64,000 nucleotides of DNA from positions 64,001 through 128,000 of the IMG/VR virus record IMGVR_UViG_3300033273_000833; one strand, written 5' to 3'. Position numbers and translations under genes: made by a program. The notes beneath the pieces are model-generated. The model was given only the letters and a program-made list of their open reading frames with translations. It did no database searches and had not been told where the DNA came from. Shown here in pieces: positions 9,143 through 18,100 of the stretch. Position 1 is the first letter of the stretch, and each line of letters opens with the position of its first letter. This DNA comes from a virus (Duplodnaviria > Caudoviricetes).

Positions 9143-9784
9143 TTATTTTAACCAGCTTCCATTCCAGTGGTGAACCGCATAAGCTTCAGGATGCGTTTTG
9201 GAAAAATCTTCTTCCCTACGAAACTTTTCTTGCCAATAGTAAGGGTATACAGTTTTCTTAAGAGAATCGCGACCATCTGGCATTCCTATTTCGTGTCCTA
9301 ATTTTTCGGTTATGTATGCTGGTCCATATTTATAATCAGAGTTTTCTTTATGGCCATGAGATTTTTTTCTCGAAGGTAGTCCGTCTATCAAGCGTTTTAC
9401 ATCTCTATTATGCTTGGAGGCTCCAAAAAAAGCTCCGCATATTTTTTTATGTTCTTGATGAAATAAAACAATTTCTTTTTGTTCAAAGAGAGGATTTATA
9501 TTTTTTAAGCATTCAAAGTCGGTATCAATATACAATCCTCCAAACTGATAAAGGATTTCAAACCTTAAGATATCAGATTTTTCAGAAAAATTTTCGCAAC
9601 TCTCTAGAATTTCAGGGTAGGTAATTTTTAAATTATCTTTTATTTTTTTATCGTCCCAAAGAATATGTATCCATTCGGGGTTTTTACTTTTCCATGTACC
9701 TTGCCAGTATAACTCTTGTTTTGATAATGAACTTTCGCCCATATGTATTTGATGAAATATTTTTGGTATTATTGAATTTCTCAT
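9143..9784 (-). CDS. GT32 (OCH1-like, DXD) glycosyltransferase
   Basis: IPKIFHQI..SDILRFEILYQFGGLYIDTDFECLK..GPAY..YAVHHWNGSW. Confidence 0.9.
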   Translation of the reverse strand: MRNSIIPKIFHQIHMGESSLSKQELYWQGTWKSKNPEWIHILWDDKKIKDNLKITYPEILESCENFSEKSDILRFEILYQFGGLYIDTDFECLKNINPLFEQKEIVLFHQEHKKICGAFFGASKHNRDVKRLIDGLPSRKKSHGHKENSDYKYGPAYITEKLGHEIGMPDGRDSLKKTVYPYYWQEKFRREEDFSKTHPEAYAVHHWNGSWLK

Positions 9785-9786
9785 TT

Positions 9787-10371
9787 TTATTCTCCAAATT
9801 TATACCCAAAATACTCAATGTCCTTTGCGTATTTTTCCGCAACAAGTTGACGAGTTTCATCATCGTAATATTTTGTGTAATGGGTGGTTTCTGTTTTGTA
9901 ATTGTGTGGTAGTGTTTTTCCAGAAATACCTATATTTCTACAAACATTATTGAAGTCTTCGTGTAAATTTTCAAATCTTCCTATAAAATCCATTTGTTCA
10001 AGTGGTTTTAATATTTTCATGTAATCGTATCTGTGATATGGATCTCCTACATTGCTACTAAAAAATTTTTTTAAAAAACATTTAAAAGTTGTTCCGTGAT
10101 AAAATTTTTTGACTTTTTTTAGTGGGTATTTGTGTGTTGAATTTGTAAACCATTTAAACTCTGAAACCATTTTATCGTAAGGGTTTCTTACAAACGCAAA
10201 CTTATAATAATTTTTATACTTATCCAACTTCAGAACCTCTGCATGGGTCGTGTGAGTGTGACCATTAAAAAAGAATTCAAAATCTTGCAAGTATCTTTCC
10301 ATGCTTGTGCCCGCACACTTCGGTATATGAATAAATACAGTTTTATGTTTATCACTTATCATTTTTATCAA
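9787..10371 (-). CDS. Sulfotransferase (Sulfotransfer_2 family)
   Basis: VFIHIPKCAGTS, FAFVRNPYDKMVS, DFIGRFENL, YAKDIEYFGY. Confidence 0.9.
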   Translation of the reverse strand: MIKMISDKHKTVFIHIPKCAGTSMERYLQDFEFFFNGHTHTTHAEVLKLDKYKNYYKFAFVRNPYDKMVSEFKWFTNSTHKYPLKKVKKFYHGTTFKCFLKKFFSSNVGDPYHRYDYMKILKPLEQMDFIGRFENLHEDFNNVCRNIGISGKTLPHNYKTETTHYTKYYDDETRQLVAEKYAKDIEYFGYKFGE

Positions 10372-11183
10372 ATTTTGTTTTCTTTCTTCATAAGAGTTTC
10401 GTCCTTTACCTCTGGATGGTCACTGCTTAATAAATGTTGCAATGTATAATCTGAATACCAATTATTTAATTTTATTTTTTTTTCACAGTTTTCTTTGGAT
10501 ATTATTCTATAATGGTAGCACAACAAAAATCCAGTCTCAATATCTACCTCACGTAAATTATCATAAAACGGATTTAATTCACTTGGTTGGTTGCCAACTC
10601 CGTCGCGAATTTGCTCTGGAGTTCCCATGTGTTCACATGGATGATGGTCTTTTATCTTTGTAAAATATGTTGGTTTAAAAATACATTTAACTTCAATTTT
10701 TTCATAACGACATCTAAACTTGTGAATTTTGTGTGGATGTTTTTTATCATGATTCCACCTATAAGTTATTTCATTTAAAATGCTTTTTGGATTTTTTTTC
10801 AAGGAATTGCAAGACATCATCACCCAAGGTACTTTTATGCAATGGGCGTCCTTGAAAGTTGTTTGTAATTCATCCCTAATAGTTTTATTGAGATTTTTCT
10901 TTGTAACTATAAACTCATCAATGTCCACATATATTACCCACTCGTAATTATCCTTAAGTTTATCCACCCAATTTAAAATATAATTGTCCTTTGTAATTTC
11001 CTTTTCAAAGAAAATGTTTATGTTTTCTTTATTTAACAATTCATCATATATGGATTTATCTTCGGAATCGTCATCTATTATATTAATTTCGTCAACTCCT
11101 TGACTTAGATAATGATTGCAAAACTCTGCAACAAAAAACTCATCTTTACAACGAGCTATTAATCCTAAAAATTTTTTGTGCAT
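10368..11183 (-). CDS. GT2-like/GT92-like glycosyltransferase
   Basis: LIARCKDE..VAEFCNHY..GVDEINIIDDDSED..WVIYVDIDEF..KCIFKP..YHYR. Confidence 0.8.
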   Translation of the reverse strand: MHKKFLGLIARCKDEFFVAEFCNHYLSQGVDEINIIDDDSEDKSIYDELLNKENINIFFEKEITKDNYILNWVDKLKDNYEWVIYVDIDEFIVTKKNLNKTIRDELQTTFKDAHCIKVPWVMMSCNSLKKNPKSILNEITYRWNHDKKHPHKIHKFRCRYEKIEVKCIFKPTYFTKIKDHHPCEHMGTPEQIRDGVGNQPSELNPFYDNLREVDIETGFLLCYHYRIISKENCEKKIKLNNWYSDYTLQHLLSSDHPEVKDETLMKKENKI

Positions 11184-11189
11184 TGACTC

Positions 11190-11993
11190 TTATTCAGGTC
11201 TTTTGCCTAAAGGTTTTCCATCTTGACCAATTTCTCCAGCCCTAATTTTGGTTGCAGAAACATTTTGAAGCTCTTTACTTAATTCAAGCTGCTCAATGTT
11301 ATATCCTACGCCTCTACCATAAAATACATCTGTAATATTTGGAAGCTCAACAACTTTAATTTTATTCCCAAACTCAATGCATGCAGAATGAATTTCTGCT
11401 TTAACTTTTTCAAAATTATATGGATTCTTTTCGTCAATTCCGCCGACATCTCTTAAAGCAATGCAGCATTGCCCAGTTCTTTTAATCGCTTCAGCAACTA
11501 ATGTTTTATGGCCAACATGAAAAGGTTGATACCTCCCAATTAATAAAGCTGTTGGAGCTTGATTATCCCAGGATTCTGTTTCATTTAATTTATTCAATAC
11601 TCTTTCAACCCATTCTTCTGGAGATCCGTCAGTTAGTCTTACGTCGTAATTCAAAGGTCTTTCAAACATTTTATTAGTGTCTTCGTATCTACCTTCCATA
11701 ATCCTATCGACCCATACAACAAAATCAGCAGCAAATGCTTTTCTTGTTTCTTGGGTAGGGCATACAAAATCGGCGACAGAGTAACCTCCGCCCATTGAAG
11801 ACCAAGAACATAGTTTACCCATTCTTTCGGCATGCTTAATTCTATCTTCTTCCGAAAACCCTAGCTCTGAATATATATCTTGCCTAACGGCATCAGCGTT
11901 AAACCAGGCTGCGTTAATTTTTTTTACTAAAATCTCAGCCAACGTTGTTTTGCCAGATCCTGGGAGCCCCATAATCAAAATTTTTCTTTTCAT
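11190..11993 (-). CDS. cysC: Adenylyl-sulfate kinase fused to a C-terminal HxGH nucleotidyltransferase domain
   Basis: GLPGSGKTT..NADAVR..LGFSEEDR..VADFVCP (APS kinase); GRYQPFHVGH..NPY..VSATKIR (NadM/Sat-type nucleotidyltransferase). Confidence 0.85.
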   Translation of the reverse strand: MKRKILIMGLPGSGKTTLAEILVKKINAAWFNADAVRQDIYSELGFSEEDRIKHAERMGKLCSWSSMGGGYSVADFVCPTQETRKAFAADFVVWVDRIMEGRYEDTNKMFERPLNYDVRLTDGSPEEWVERVLNKLNETESWDNQAPTALLIGRYQPFHVGHKTLVAEAIKRTGQCCIALRDVGGIDEKNPYNFEKVKAEIHSACIEFGNKIKVVELPNITDVFYGRGVGYNIEQLELSKELQNVSATKIRAGEIGQDGKPLGKRPE

Positions 11994-12015
11994 ATCTCTG
12001 TTTACACGCTTTTTT

Positions 12016-12345
12016 TTATTTTATCTTCTTATTTATTAAACATGCTAGACTAGGCACGGAAAACATACTAAAGCCAGCAAAAATCATATTTAAATTAAAA
12101 AACCAACAACAAAACAAAGAAGCAAGCAAAGACAACCAAGTGCCATAACATAAGGGACAGCTCAATAGTTCTCCCAGCTTACCCCAATTATCAATTATAT
12201 AATCATGCAAATCATCTAATGTATATATTTTTTCTTTTATAAACAATGACAATATATATACTTTTAAATTAGTATACTCCAATACGGCAATAATATTAGA
12301 AACAAACAAAATGCAAGCTAAATAAATTAATAAATAATTAATCAT
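12016..12345 (-). CDS. membrane protein with CPLC motif (DUF1360-like)
   Basis: Likely start MINYLL at 12345; two or three hydrophobic segments; LLSCPLCYGTWLSL. Confidence 0.55.
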   Translation of the reverse strand: MINYLLIYLACILFVSNIIAVLEYTNLKVYILSLFIKEKIYTLDDLHDYIIDNWGKLGELLSCPLCYGTWLSLLASLFCCWFFNLNMIFAGFSMFSVPSLACLINKKIK

Positions 12346-12574
12346 CTTGAATGCGAGGAAGAATGAACGATGTGTATTTCCTACGCACACTAGCTTTTCT
12401 GCACGAAGAACATCCTCCAGGTTTATTCACTTCTGCCAAGTAATCTTTTTTCATTTGCTGACAACCATCAAAGTTTATTTCTTGACAAGTTTGCTCGGGC
12501 GTTTTATTTAAATCCATAAATATTCTTATGAGATTCATTTGGGCTGGTGTTTTTGGATTCATTTTTCTTGACAA
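12338..12574 (-). CDS. small Cys-containing hypothetical protein
   Basis: GGCSSC motif; start may be 12562. Confidence 0.55.
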   Translation of the reverse strand: MSRKMNPKTPAQMNLIRIFMDLNKTPEQTCQEINFDGCQQMKKDYLAEVNKPGGCSSCRKASVRRKYTSFILPRIQDD

Positions 12575-12596
12575 ATTTGATTACATATATTATACT
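12568..12596 (+). promoter_or_regulatory. sigma70 promoter (leaderless)
   Basis: TTGACA-17-TATACT; ATG at 12603. Confidence 0.85.
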
Positions 12597-12602
12597 TATA
12601 AT

Positions 12603-13142
12603 ATGAAAAATATTCTAGAAAAAACTAAAACTTATCTGGTTGGCCACATGCAATACATTAGTGGGAGGAACTGGCGAGAAGAAGTTACTCAAAAGCTTTC
12701 TGATATTAACATTACATGCTTCGACCCTTATAAAAAACCCTTTATTAAAGATGTCGAAGAAGATGAGGTCTCAAGACAAGAAATGGAAACTTGGATGAAA
12801 ACCAAGCAGTACGACAGAGTAACGGAAAGAATGAAAATGGTAAGAGCTTATGACCTAAATTTAGTTGATCGTAGCGATTTTATCATCGCTCATCTAGTTC
12901 CTAGCGTTGCATCTTGGGGTAGTGCCGAAGAAATTGTTACTGCGGTAAGAATGAAAAAACCTATCTTTATCAGCATGGAAGGCGGTAAGTCCCAAACTCC
13001 ACTCTGGATGCTAGGAATGCTTCCTCATAAATACATTTACAATTCAGTAGAAGAAATAGTAGATATGCTTTTTGCTATCAATGAAGGGTCAAAAACTATA
13101 GACTCAGATCGCTGGCGCCTATTAAGACATGAATTTAGATAG
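12603..13142 (+). CDS. nucleoside 2-deoxyribosyltransferase-like protein
   Basis: YLVGHM..WREEV..FDPY..DLNLVDRSDFIIA..SWGSAEEIVTA..KKPI; start reassigned to MKNILEK at the promoter-defined ATG. Confidence 0.65.
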   Translation: MKNILEKTKTYLVGHMQYISGRNWREEVTQKLSDINITCFDPYKKPFIKDVEEDEVSRQEMETWMKTKQYDRVTERMKMVRAYDLNLVDRSDFIIAHLVPSVASWGSAEEIVTAVRMKKPIFISMEGGKSQTPLWMLGMLPHKYIYNSVEEIVDMLFAINEGSKTIDSDRWRLLRHEFR

Positions 13143-13569
13143 TATAACCTTTTCCAAAAATAGGCTTCATATGAGGGTCGCCACTTCCACCAGCACTTAG
13201 GCTTGGAGTCCCAAATAGAATTTGATGATTATTGCTGTAATAAGGAGCAGCAACTAAGTCATTGGCAATAGCTACTTTTATACTTGTCTGCCCTCCGCCA
13301 GCATCAGAAATTTCGGTAGCTACTAGAGATATTGAATCAACATAACTGCTCGCTCCTGCATTGTTTGGCCAATGTCCGACGCTAGGTTTGGTAGACGATA
13401 ATACGCTTGAGTCGAACGTTTCATAATCTGAAGCGCTCATTGCTCCAACTGAGTGTGAATTTATATAAGGAGTTATAGTTATATTACTTAGTTCGGTGTC
13501 GCTAGGTATTATAGCGCTTGATACAGTAATTGTTGTTGAATTTGTTCCTGTTGATATTTCGTTTGGCAT
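13135..13569 (-). CDS. Ser/Thr-rich hypothetical protein ending in a GDPH motif
   Basis: C-terminus GGSGDPHMKPIFGKGYTI*. Confidence 0.65.
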   Translation of the reverse strand: MPNEISTGTNSTTITVSSAIIPSDTELSNITITPYINSHSVGAMSASDYETFDSSVLSSTKPSVGHWPNNAGASSYVDSISLVATEISDAGGGQTSIKVAIANDLVAAPYYSNNHQILFGTPSLSAGGSGDPHMKPIFGKGYTI

Positions 13570-13628
13570 AATATTTTAAAATTTAAAGTGATTAATATAG
13601 GTATATACACATTTTTTTTAAATAGTAC

Positions 13629-13657
13629 TTGACATTCTAAATAATTTTTACTATAAT
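13629..13657 (+). promoter_or_regulatory. consensus sigma70 promoter (leaderless)
   Basis: TTGACA-17-TATAAT; ATG at 13665. Confidence 0.9.
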
Positions 13658-13664
13658 TATAAAC

Positions 13665-13763
13665 ATGGATAATTCAGAATTACAAGGTTATTTTATTTTG
13701 GCTGGAGCAGTAATTTACTGCATATGTCTATGTGTCAAATATTCAGACGGAGGAAAACTATAA
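13665..13763 (+). CDS. 32-aa membrane peptide
   Basis: MDNSELQGYFILAGAVIYCICLCVKYSDGGKL*; starts at the predicted +1; TAATG-coupled to the next gene. Confidence 0.6.
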   Translation: MDNSELQGYFILAGAVIYCICLCVKYSDGGKL

Positions 13764-13984
13764 TGAAAGAAGTTTATCTTAGAGGAATTTATTCTCAATA
13801 TGTCGGATTAAGAGATCAAAAAATTGCAGACTTGAATGTCATGCTTAATTCTCCTGTTGGAGTCGGAGAGCACGGGGATTTAAGTGAGACAATTAAAAAA
13901 ATTATAGAAGAAATTGATAAGTACGATTCTCTTATTTCCACATTGAACAATTTAATTCCTAAAGAAGAAGATAAGAGTGAGTAA
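13763..13984 (+). CDS. hypothetical protein
   Basis: MKEVYLRG..LNSPVGVGEHGDL..; start reassigned via the TAATG overlap. Confidence 0.7.
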   Translation: MKEVYLRGIYSQYVGLRDQKIADLNVMLNSPVGVGEHGDLSETIKKIIEEIDKYDSLISTLNNLIPKEEDKSE

Positions 13985-14942
13985 AAGTTTAAAATACTCA
14001 GATATTTGCTTGATTCCTAATTATAGCGAATGTCACTCTAGATCAGATTGCGATACATCAGTATCTTTATTTGATAAAAAATTTAATCTACCTATCATTC
14101 CAGCCAATATGAAGTCTGTAATTGATATGGACTTAGCTAAATGGATGAGTGATAATCAATATTTTTATGTAATGCATCGCTTTAATCGCGATTTAGCTGA
14201 AGATGTTGCTAACGCTCAAGAATGGAATAATATTTCATTTAGCGTCGGGGTTAAGATGGAATGCAAGATCGCAATACAAAAAATTAAGAAGCGAAACCAC
14301 AAGGTCGATTTTTTAACAATTGATATTGCTCACGGACATTGTTTAAGAATGAAAACAATGATTAACTTTATCAGGAAACATTTGCCTGATACGAAAATTA
14401 TAGCTGGCAATGTCGCAACTCCTCAGGCAGTTAGAGATTTATCCTCTTGGGGCGCTGATGTCGTTAAGGTTGGAGTAGGTCAAGGTTCTCCTTGTACAAC
14501 TAAAGATAAAACTGGCTTCACTATGCCAATGTTTAGTTGCGTAAAAACTTGCTCTAAGCAGTATTCTGACGACCTTGAGGAGGAAACAAGTATTCCAATC
14601 ATTGCAGATGGAGGTATAGGTAGCAATGGAGATATCGCAAAAGCTCTTGTAGCTGGAGCAACAATGACTATGGCAGGAGGTTTATTTGCGGCTTGCTCTG
14701 ATAGCCCCGCATGCCCTAGCTTAATAGGAGGAGTATCTCACAAATCTTATTTTGGCTCAGCGAGTGCGGAGAATAAAGGGCATCGCAATCACGTAGAAGG
14801 CAAACTAAATCACATCTTATGCAACAATATGACCTACGAACGAAAGCTAAATGAAATCAAACAAGACTTACAAAGCGCCATATCATATGCAGGAGGCCAA
14901 GATCTAAGCGCATTTAAACACGTACAGTACACAGAACAATGA
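13977..14942 (+). CDS. guaC: GMP reductase
   Basis: PIIPANM, IDIAHGH, IAGNVATP, KVGVGQGSPCTT, IIADGGI..GDIAKAL, VEGK. Confidence 0.93.
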   Translation: MSKSLKYSDICLIPNYSECHSRSDCDTSVSLFDKKFNLPIIPANMKSVIDMDLAKWMSDNQYFYVMHRFNRDLAEDVANAQEWNNISFSVGVKMECKIAIQKIKKRNHKVDFLTIDIAHGHCLRMKTMINFIRKHLPDTKIIAGNVATPQAVRDLSSWGADVVKVGVGQGSPCTTKDKTGFTMPMFSCVKTCSKQYSDDLEEETSIPIIADGGIGSNGDIAKALVAGATMTMAGGLFAACSDSPACPSLIGGVSHKSYFGSASAENKGHRNHVEGKLNHILCNNMTYERKLNEIKQDLQSAISYAGGQDLSAFKHVQYTEQ

Positions 14943-15103
14943 ACAAACAAAAAGCATTATTAATTAAAAAATTAATTTCTTACGATGGCTCATCAGCCGA
15001 ACATAAAAGAGTTTTTAAAAAATTAAAGAAAAAGTACAACAAATTATCTAAATCAGAAAAGATTAAATTATTAGAAGATATAGAATCTACATTTAAAGAT
15101 TAA
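14939..15103 (+). CDS. small basic hypothetical protein (54 aa)
   Basis: MNKQKALLIKKLISYDG...ESTFKD*; ATGA overlap with guaC; converges on the gpJ stop. Confidence 0.55.
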   Translation: MNKQKALLIKKLISYDGSSAEHKRVFKKLKKKYNKLSKSEKIKLLEDIESTFKD

Positions 15104-18100
15104 GATATGCCATCAGGTTCAATCCTATACCATATACCATTAACTTCTATGTGAAGATTACCGTCTTCGACTTTTAATCTTGAATTTCCAGATATAACTA
15201 AATTTTGGGTAAAGCCCGTATCTTGTATTTTATTATCAAAAATAGTTGTGTTATTCAAAGCTTCGTCTATTTTACCAGATATCCCTTCTCCCTCAGAAAA
15301 GTAAGTTGACATCGGGGAATTACCGATAGTAGGTTCTTGCGAAAAGTTTACTATTTCCCCAGCCTCAAAACCATTTGTTTTAATTGTTGATCCAGAAATA
15401 ATTCCTCCTTGACCATCATAATCTCCATCATCGCCAGGTACGCACCTGATATTCATTCCTTTAACATTAACAAAAAAGTCTAACATATCACTATCAATTG
15501 ACCCGCTAGTTAAGGCAAAATTATTAGAACTATCACCTTCTCCTAATAAATCACTAAATGTTTTATTGCTTAAGTTTTCAATATCAAACTGTCCAATTCC
15601 TATAGGAGTGCCTTGATATGCAGTTTTAGATGCCAAGGGATACTTAACAAAAGAATCTGGATCAGAACTAACTCCATCAGAACTACTCCAAGTCTTTGTT
15701 CCTCCTATAATTATTCCTTCTCTAAACTGTTTCATCCCTACAATTCTCTCATCTCCAAAAGTGTTCATAAACACATGTCCCAACTCCTCAACTGAACTTT
15801 CTTCATCCTCAACACCTTCGCTTAGATCTGCCAACTCATCTTGAGGAGCAATCATAAAACCTGTTACTCCAAAATCAAAAACGGTATTATCAAGAAGAGT
15901 AACTTTATCAATTTCACTCAATAAAGAATTTTTCCATACGAAACTTTCGAATACTTTAACTTTCAAAAAATAATCTCTGTCATAATTAATTCCACCATTT
16001 TCCAAACTAGCGTCATAAGGAATTATTAGCTTATCACTACCATCTTTCTGTTGAATAGCTAAGGTTTCAGACAATTCAAAATCTGGATTATTTTTATTAG
16101 CATATAGTATAGCGTATCCAACAGTTTGCTTCTGGGAATATCTACTTGAGTCAGCTAATGATGGATTATGATAGGATCCAGATATATTTAAATTCATAGA
16201 GTCGAACGCCATTAACGTATTTGATCCAGCATCATCAGGTCTATTTTTTTGTAGAGCAGCTTTATTTGTATCATTAAATTCTACGTCGCTTGTTGTCCAG
16301 GAACCCAACTCTTCCAGCATAGCAGAATCTTCAATACCGTCTTGTTTCCAGAAATTTACTGCAGAGAAGTTTGCAAAATGAGTTACAGCCAAAATTTTAG
16401 TAAAATTATTAAAGCCATTTGACCCATAATCTTCCCAGGTTTGAGCTATCTGTTTAATTTGATCAAAAGAATATGTTTTATATGGGTAATTTTGATTATG
16501 GAATTGATTTACTTTTAAAGATTGAATTGTCAAATTTTTTATTTGATCCCAATATGCTAGCGCATCATCCAATGAATAAATTCTACTTGGGATATTGCTA
16601 TTCAAAGCCATTTCTGCCTGATAATCAAACCTTGCCCCTTCTGGAATATCTCCATGCGAAGCTGTTTCTGTATGAACATCGTTTCCATCATCATCAGTAG
16701 TTATAATTTTGATTTTTTGATCTTGATTTAAATCTAAAAATACTTCATCTGAGGGGATCCATTCTGGCAAAATTGAAGTTATTGACCCAGTAAATATTGT
16801 AGGTGCGTCGTAAAGTATAAATGTTTGGACTGAAGAATATCTTTTTTGGTTTCCAGCTTTTGCAATTGCTTGGATAACAACTGCTATACCTCTTTGATCT
16901 TGTAAGTTTGAATATTTAAAAGAAACACTACCCTGATCGTCTACAACTGTTTCAAACCTTATATCGTATGAAAAGCTGTAATCCAGCCTTTTGTATAAAT
17001 TGCTTTCATCATAAATCCATTGAGTTTGAGAGGTTACAGGGACTCCAGCTGTTTGAGCGCTAGATGCTCCAGATCTATCAACTGGACACAACCCAATTTT
17101 AAACCCTTCAAAATATGGACTACTGGAATTAAGCATTGACGAAGAGGTATAGGTTGTAGTTAAACTATCTATATCTCTGTATTCCCAGGTTAAATTATAA
17201 GAAGGAGAGTTTTGTTCTATTTTTGCATAATTACCAACCCAACCATCAGGAGCGAAATTGCTAATAACAGGAGGTCCACTACTGTACGTTGAGTCAGATA
17301 GAACTGCAGATAAAATTCCTGAAGCAGAAGTCTTAGACTTTCCTGTACTCTTTTCAGTTCCTGAAGTGGTAACCAATAAAGACCATGTACCTGTTGCTGC
17401 GGAAGAATTTTTTGCCACCGAAGTCGTTATTGAAAAAACTTTACTCCCCCCACCGTTTCTGGAAGAACTATTATGAGTAGTTTGATCTCCTGTTGGAGAT
17501 ATTAATATTATATTATTTGTTATGTTATTAAAGAGGGATTCGTCTACAGTTGTTGTAAATTTTACATCGAAAGTTAAGGTAGAGTTTGACTTAGCTTTAA
17601 ATTTTTCAACGATAGGCGGTGTGATATTTGCTGAAGCCTGAGATGTGCCAACTGATATATCATAGTCTGAAGTTATTATTGGGAATGTTTGATCCATTGA
17701 AGATAGTTTTTCTTCATCAAAAAATACTGCAATAATTTTATATTTACCCTCTCCTTCTTCTTCGATTGCCTGTATTCTATATTTTCGCTCTCTCCAGTCC
17801 GTACCATATTGGCCTCCATCTTCAGGATTAATTAAAGCCCAGTCAGTACCTTTCAGAATAACTTTGTATGAATTATCATAACTTTCAAGAATTGATGTAG
17901 TGAATTTTATAAAATTTCCATTAATGTCTTTTACTTTTATCTTGTTAGTAACAGCGGAACCTCCATCAGCAGGAAATACTGAGCCTTTAATTCTCTGGCT
18001 TTTATTCAAGTCTCGAATATCTTGACTACTTACAGAACCTTTTTCATCTAAAAAGTCTACATCATAATTTGGATCAATATTTCCTAGAATTATATCAAAG

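Noticed and set aside
7527-9830. Three similar ~35-bp sequences (near 7530, 8520, 9790) as CRISPR-like or regulatory repeats
   Set aside because: They are the coding 3' ends (IEYFxYxFG) of three sulfotransferase paralogs, irregularly spaced kb apart
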